Shown: positions 59,077 through 64,000 of the stretch, piece by piece | Layout of the letters: every line of letters starts with the position of its first letter | Position numbering within the stretch: position 1 is the first letter of the stretch | Source of the DNA: Cryomorphaceae bacterium BACL29 MAG-121220-bin8 | GTDB taxonomy: Bacteria > Bacteroidota > Bacteroidia > Flavobacteriales > Flavobacteriaceae | Direction of reading: 5' to 3' | DNA: 64,000 bases | Assembly (NCBI GenBank): GCA_905181705.1 | Contig: CAJIYP010000004.1 | Span: forward strand, 61,196 to 125,195 | Notes under the pieces: generated by a model | Databases searched by the model: none | Told to the model about the DNA's origin: nothing | Seen by the model: only the letters and a program-made list of their open reading frames with translations | Made by a program: the position numbers and the translations under genes

Positions 59077-60432
59077 TTATAGTAAAAATATTTTTGCGAT
59101 ATAAAAAAACAGATAAATTCCGAAAATATCATTACTCGTTGTAATAAAGGGTCCCGTGGCAATTGCGGGATCTATTCCTCTTTTTTCTAAGATTATAGGA
59201 ATTGAAGTTCCAATCAAAGCAGCTACAACTATTACGCATAACATAGAAAGAGATATGACAAGACTTAACTCTATAGGTTGGTCTATTATGAATCCAAATA
59301 CAATGGTCAATAAGCCTAAAATAATACCATTTATTAAACTCAAACCCAGTTCTTTTATTAATCTTTTTAAAAGACTTCCTTTCACTACATCATTTGCAAT
59401 TCCTTGAACAATTATAGCCGATGACTGTACACCAACATTACCAGCCATAGCAGCAATCAAAGGGGTGAAAAAAAATAATGCTTTATAATCGGGGTCAATC
59501 ATAAACTCTTCGAAACCTTCTAAAATAAACACACTACCTAACCCACCTACTAAACCTAAAAAAAGCCATGGTAATCTTGCTTTTGTGAGTTCTAGAATCG
59601 AGTCGTCTGCTTCAACATCTCCTTGTATTCCTGCAGCAATCAAATAATCTTCTTCTGCTTCTTCTTTAATAAAATCTACAATATCATCAATAGTTATTCT
59701 TCCAACTAGTTGTTTTTGATCATCAATCACTGGAATAGCTTCAAGATCGTATTTAGACATTATTTTGGCGACATCTTCTCCACTTACCATTACATTAACA
59801 GAATCAACTTTTGGTATGTAAATATCTTTAATTTTGTTTTTTGAAGGAGCAGTTATTAGATCTTTTAAGGACAATCTTCCTATCAACCTTTCTTTATCGT
59901 CAACGACATAAATGGAGTGTACGCGAGTTACATTTTCTCCTTGTTTTTTGATTTCACCTAAGCATTTTAAAATAGTCCAATTTTCATTTGCTTTTACTAA
60001 TTCTTTTGCCATCAATCCACCTGCTGAGTCTTCTTTGTAAGAAAGGAGCTCTATTAAGTTATCGGCTAAATCTTCATTACTAATTTCTGAAATCACCTCC
60101 TCTTTTCTTTCTTCTGAAAGTTCAGCAAGTATGTCAGCAGCATCGTCACTATCTAACTCTTCAATCTCATCTGCAATTTCCTTTACCGAAAGAGCTTTAA
60201 GGATTTTTTCTCTGACGTTTTCATCTAGTTCTGTTAAAATTTCAGATGTTTTTTCGCTATCAAATAATTTTATTAGGTATATACCTTGATTTTCACTTAA
60301 TAAATTAATTACGTCTGCCATATCGGCAAAATGTATGTCTTTAACTAGCTTTTTTAAATTGGAATTTTTTTTTGCTGAAATTAAACCAGCAATTTTCATT
60401 ATTAATTCATCGTTAAGCTGGAATTGTTCCAT
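59077..60432 (-). CDS. mgtE: magnesium transporter MgtE
   Basis: 451 aa. N-domain, tandem CBS domains, and a TM domain with the GNVGVQSSAI motif. Confidence 0.92.
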   Translation of the reverse strand: MEQFQLNDELIMKIAGLISAKKNSNLKKLVKDIHFADMADVINLLSENQGIYLIKLFDSEKTSEILTELDENVREKILKALSVKEIADEIEELDSDDAADILAELSEERKEEVISEISNEDLADNLIELLSYKEDSAGGLMAKELVKANENWTILKCLGEIKKQGENVTRVHSIYVVDDKERLIGRLSLKDLITAPSKNKIKDIYIPKVDSVNVMVSGEDVAKIMSKYDLEAIPVIDDQKQLVGRITIDDIVDFIKEEAEEDYLIAAGIQGDVEADDSILELTKARLPWLFLGLVGGLGSVFILEGFEEFMIDPDYKALFFFTPLIAAMAGNVGVQSSAIIVQGIANDVVKGSLLKRLIKELGLSLINGIILGLLTIVFGFIIDQPIELSLVISLSMLCVIVVAALIGTSIPIILEKRGIDPAIATGPFITTSNDIFGIYLFFYIAKIFLL

Positions 60433-61192
60433 CAGCTATCATATTAGTTAGAAGAATAAAATCGTCCACACTTAATGCTTCTGGACGCTTTTCAAAGATA
60501 GCATCTTCTTTTATATTAATTGGTAAATTAAAACTTTTTAGACTATTTCTTAGAGTTTTACGTCTTTGTTGAAAGGATGTTTTTACTATTTTGAAAAATA
60601 ATTTTTCATCACAATCCAAAAATTGAGTATTTTTTTTTGTTAACTTAATCACACCAGAATTTACTTTGGGTGGAGGATTAAAGTGGTGTGGTGATAGTGC
60701 AAATAAAAATTCTGCTGAATAAAAAGCTTGAACTAGCACAGATAAAATCCCATAAGTTTTAGAGCCTGGAGGAGCACAAATTCTCTTAGCAACTTCAAAT
60801 TGAAACATTCCAACTAACTCCTCTATTTTTTCCCGATTTTCAATTAATTTAAAAAGAATTTGAGAAGAGATGTTATAAGGAAAATTGCCAATTAGTCCAA
60901 TTGGAGCTTTGAATTGTGCTAAATCAATTTTTAAAAAATCTTCATTTATTATTGAGTCCTTAATTTCAGGGAATACGTTATTTAAATATGTAATAGATTC
61001 TTTATCAATTTCAATGAAATAGGTTTTAGTTTTACTATTTATTAAGTGTTGGGTAAGAATGCCCATCCCTGGACCAATTTCAATAATACTATTTAATTTT
61101 TTTGAAACAAGACCTTCAACTATTTTTTTTGAAATATTAGAATCTTTCAAAAAATGTTGCCCTAAATATTTTTTTGGTTTAACTCGTTTCAA
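60413..61192 (-). CDS. rsmA: 16S rRNA (adenine1518/1519-N6)-dimethyltransferase
   Basis: KKYLGQHFL and the SAM motif EIGPGMGILT. Confidence 0.92.
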   Translation of the reverse strand: MKRVKPKKYLGQHFLKDSNISKKIVEGLVSKKLNSIIEIGPGMGILTQHLINSKTKTYFIEIDKESITYLNNVFPEIKDSIINEDFLKIDLAQFKAPIGLIGNFPYNISSQILFKLIENREKIEELVGMFQFEVAKRICAPPGSKTYGILSVLVQAFYSAEFLFALSPHHFNPPPKVNSGVIKLTKKNTQFLDCDEKLFFKIVKTSFQQRRKTLRNSLKSFNLPINIKEDAIFEKRPEALSVDDFILLTNMIADGTIPA

Positions 61193-61198
61193 ATCAAG

Positions 61199-62464
61199 TT
61201 ATATTTTATCAAAACCAGTGTATGGGACTAGAATTTTAGGAATATTAATTGAGCTTTCAGTTTGAAAATTTTCTAGTATGCAAGCTACTATTCTAGGCAG
61301 AGCCAAAGAGCTCCCATTTAGGGTGTGAGCTAACTCTTTATTTCCATTATTATTAATTCTAAGTTTTAGACGGTTTGATTGATAATTTTCAAAATTTGAG
61401 ACAGAGCTTACCTCGAGCCATTTTTTTTGTGCTGCCGAATAAACCTCAAAATCATATGTAAGACAAGAAGTAAAACCTAAGTCTCCTCCACACAATCTAA
61501 GAATTCTAAAAGGTAGTTTTAGTTCTATTAAAATGGACTTTACATGATTAACCATTTCTTCCAAAGCTAAATAAGATTTTGATGGATTTTCTATTCGAAC
61601 CAATTCTACTTTATCAAATTGATGTAGCCTATTTAATCCTCTTACATGTGAACCGTAACTCCCAGCCTCTCTTCTAAAACATGGCGTATAGCTAGTTAGG
61701 CAAATAGGCAGTTGATTTGAATTTAAAATGCTGTTTCTATAAATATTAGTTACAGGAACTTCCGCAGTGGGAGCTAAGTAAAGATTATCCTCATTTACTA
61801 AATACATTTGCCCTTCTTTGTCAGGCAATTGACCTGTTCCCGTTCCAGATTCTTCGTTAATTAAGATTGGGACTTGAATCTCTTTGTATCCAGCATCAAT
61901 ATTTTTATCTAAAAAATAATTTATTAGTGCCCTCTGTAATTTCGCTCCTTTATCTTTGTAAACAGGGAATCCGGCACCCGTAATTTTATTTCCCAGTTCA
62001 AAATCAATAATATCGTATTTTACTGCTAATTCCCAGTGAGGTAAAGCATTTTTATGTAATTCTGGTATTTCACCTTCCCTTAAAATCTCAATGTTATCAT
62101 TCTCTGAACTTCCTTTTGGAACTAAATCGTGAGGAATATTGGGGATATCTAATAAAAGAACTTTTAGTTCACTAACATAAGAATTTAACAATGCTGATAA
62201 GTTTTTTGAATCTACTTTTAATAAAGCAGCCTTTTCTTTCAAATTAGAAGCTTTTTCTACAAGACCTTCTTTAAAAAGCTTTCCAATATCTTTTGCTATT
62301 TGATTAGATTCTGCAAGTAAATTATCAAGTGAAGCCTGTGTAGACCTTCTTTTTTCGTCTAATTCAATTATTTTTTCTAGCTGAGGCTTGATGTCTATGT
62401 TTCTTTTTAACATTGACTTTACAATACCCTCAGAATTTCCTATTATTTCAGAAACTACTAACAT
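61199..62464 (-). CDS. serS: serine--tRNA ligase
   Basis: N-terminal coiled-coil arm and class II motif 2, FRREAGS. 421 aa. Confidence 0.95.
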   Translation of the reverse strand: MLVVSEIIGNSEGIVKSMLKRNIDIKPQLEKIIELDEKRRSTQASLDNLLAESNQIAKDIGKLFKEGLVEKASNLKEKAALLKVDSKNLSALLNSYVSELKVLLLDIPNIPHDLVPKGSSENDNIEILREGEIPELHKNALPHWELAVKYDIIDFELGNKITGAGFPVYKDKGAKLQRALINYFLDKNIDAGYKEIQVPILINEESGTGTGQLPDKEGQMYLVNEDNLYLAPTAEVPVTNIYRNSILNSNQLPICLTSYTPCFRREAGSYGSHVRGLNRLHQFDKVELVRIENPSKSYLALEEMVNHVKSILIELKLPFRILRLCGGDLGFTSCLTYDFEVYSAAQKKWLEVSSVSNFENYQSNRLKLRINNNGNKELAHTLNGSSLALPRIVACILENFQTESSINIPKILVPYTGFDKI

Positions 62465-62496
62465 TGAATTTTAATTTTTACAAATGTAATGGAATA

Positions 62497-63426
62497 TTAT
62501 TTTTCTTTAATCAACTTAATACAAGTTTTCTTATCTAGCTTTATTTGATTTCCTAATTTAATTAAGGAATCAAACTTTTTTTCTTCTCTAATGTAGTACA
62601 GTATAAAAACCTCAATCACCTTGCCATAAAGATCTCCTCCCCACTCAAATAAATTAACTTCAATCGATGTATCTTTTGATTTTAAAGTAGGTTTTACACC
62701 AATATTCATCATCCCATATACTTTTTTTCCTTCAAGAATGGTTCTAATTAAATAGACTCCATTTTTAGGAATCAATTTGTAATCTTGATTAATGTTTAAA
62801 TTTGCAGTTGGAAACCCTATAGTCCTTCCAATGGCATTTCCATTCACAACCTCTCCTTTAAGGCTAAAGTCGTAACCTAAATATGATTTTGCTGTTTTTA
62901 TATCTCCTTCTATTATAGAGTTTCTAATTTTAGTGGAACTAATAGAAACTTTGTTTTTTTCCTCTACACTTATCTCAATTACTTCGAACCCATACTTAAG
63001 TCCAAATATTTTTAAATCTTTAAAACCAGCTGTTCTGTTTTTTCCAAAACGATGATCATAACCAATTAAAATTTTTTTGATTTTCAGTTTATTTACTAAA
63101 ATATTTTTCACAAATTGATCTGGGGATAATTCAGAAAAATTTTTATCAAACGGGTGAGTGATTAGTATATCAATTTTAGATTTTTCAAATAATCTAGTTC
63201 TTTCCTCTATTGTATTGATAAGTTTTAAATTAAAATCAGGATTTAAAACAGTTCTTGGATGTGGAAAAAAAGTTAGTACAATTGATTTTAGATTGTCTTT
63301 TTTAGCTTCATACTTTAGTTTTTTTAATATTTTTTGATGTCCCTTGTGAACCCCATCAAATGTACCAAGTGTTAATATTGAAGGCGAATTAATTGAGAAA
63401 TTTTTTACTCCATTAATTTTTTTCAT
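62497..63426 (-). CDS. ribF: bifunctional riboflavin kinase / FAD synthetase
   Basis: GTFDGVHKGH nucleotidyltransferase motif and the C-terminal riboflavin kinase region GFPTANL. Confidence 0.92.
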   Translation of the reverse strand: MKKINGVKNFSINSPSILTLGTFDGVHKGHQKILKKLKYEAKKDNLKSIVLTFFPHPRTVLNPDFNLKLINTIEERTRLFEKSKIDILITHPFDKNFSELSPDQFVKNILVNKLKIKKILIGYDHRFGKNRTAGFKDLKIFGLKYGFEVIEISVEEKNKVSISSTKIRNSIIEGDIKTAKSYLGYDFSLKGEVVNGNAIGRTIGFPTANLNINQDYKLIPKNGVYLIRTILEGKKVYGMMNIGVKPTLKSKDTSIEVNLFEWGGDLYGKVIEVFILYYIREEKKFDSLIKLGNQIKLDKKTCIKLIKEK

Positions 63427-63989
63427 TTTTTATTGAATTGGTTCATTGTTGAACTAATACCTATTGTAGCGAAAGAACAAACTATTTGATAAAAAAGAGG
63501 CTTGTAACTGATTAACTCTGATTTTTCTTTTTCAGACCAATTGGACAAAACATATTCAGATTGCTTTCCACTTGGAAAATTTCCTCCAATACCAAATCGT
63601 AACCTATTATAATTATTAGTTTTTAAAACCTCATTAATATTCTTTAAACCATTATGCCCTCCGTCTGATCCTTTTGTTTTTATTCTAATTACCCCAAAAT
63701 CTAAATTTAAATCGTCTGAAATCACTAAAAGATTTTGAACGGAAATATTCTCTTTAGAAAGCCAATATCTAACGGACTTTCCACTTAAATTTACATAAGT
63801 GCTAGGTTTTAAAAAAACAAAAGATTTTCCTTTGTAATTAGTCTTGGCGATATCTCCTAATTTTTGAATTTCAAAATTTACTTTAAACTCTTCACATATT
63901 GCGTCTAAAGCCTCAAAACCTATGTTATGTCTGGTTTCAAAGTATTCTTTTCCAATATTTCCAATTCCTACAATTAGAAATTTGTTCAT
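63423..63989 (-). CDS. pth: peptidyl-tRNA hydrolase
   Basis: LIVGIGNIGKEYFETRHNIGF and GHNGLKN motifs. 188 aa. Confidence 0.92.
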   Translation of the reverse strand: MNKFLIVGIGNIGKEYFETRHNIGFEALDAICEEFKVNFEIQKLGDIAKTNYKGKSFVFLKPSTYVNLSGKSVRYWLSKENISVQNLLVISDDLNLDFGVIRIKTKGSDGGHNGLKNINEVLKTNNYNRLRFGIGGNFPSGKQSEYVLSNWSEKEKSELISYKPLFYQIVCSFATIGISSTMNQFNKK

Positions 63990-64000
63990 ATCAAATGATT

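Overview
This is a low-GC (about 30% by eye), tightly packed chromosomal segment with Bacteroidota/Flavobacteriia hallmarks: a SusC/SusD pair, alternative complex III, TAnnTTTG -7 boxes and many lipoproteins. Most of it is housekeeping. In order: polA; a large DUF2723 membrane protein; tRNA-Gln; rimP-nusA-infB; a contiguous actABCDEF (alternative complex III) plus cytochrome c oxidase II/I block; ruvB; an MscS channel; add. A crtA-like/crtD/cruF carotenoid-tailoring module follows, and its last codons lie inside tRNA-Arg(CCU). Next is an accessory-looking block (31.2-48.8 kb): an exported Rieske lipoprotein, a Na+/sugar symporter, a beta-propeller/Y_Y_Y-LuxR one-component regulator, and a laminarin-type polysaccharide utilisation locus (SusC, SusD, a multi-CBM-like surface lipoprotein, a PKD lipoprotein, GH16, GH3). 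The window ends with metG, mfd, a GNAT, lysC, arsC-like, a 2-hydroxyacid dehydrogenase, mgtE, rsmA, serS, ribF and pth. I saw no rRNA, CRISPR array, transposase, integrase or recognisable defence system. The points most worth a second look are these. (1) Eleven frame breaks are confined to 34.75-38.80 kb and hit only the PUL regulator and SusC, while all other long genes are intact. (2) The surface glycan-binding lipoprotein carries three tandem ~160-aa modules, including a 145-bp perfect internal DNA repeat and a mosaic pattern that suggests gene conversion. (3) A non-catalytic paralogue of the N-terminal half of the GH16 enzyme sits directly upstream of it. (4) tRNA-Arg is wedged with zero spacing between two convergent CDSs. 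(5) An orphan, relatively GC-rich C-terminal gene remnant lies at the right edge of the PUL. All functional calls come from reading motifs in the supplied translations. No database search was run.
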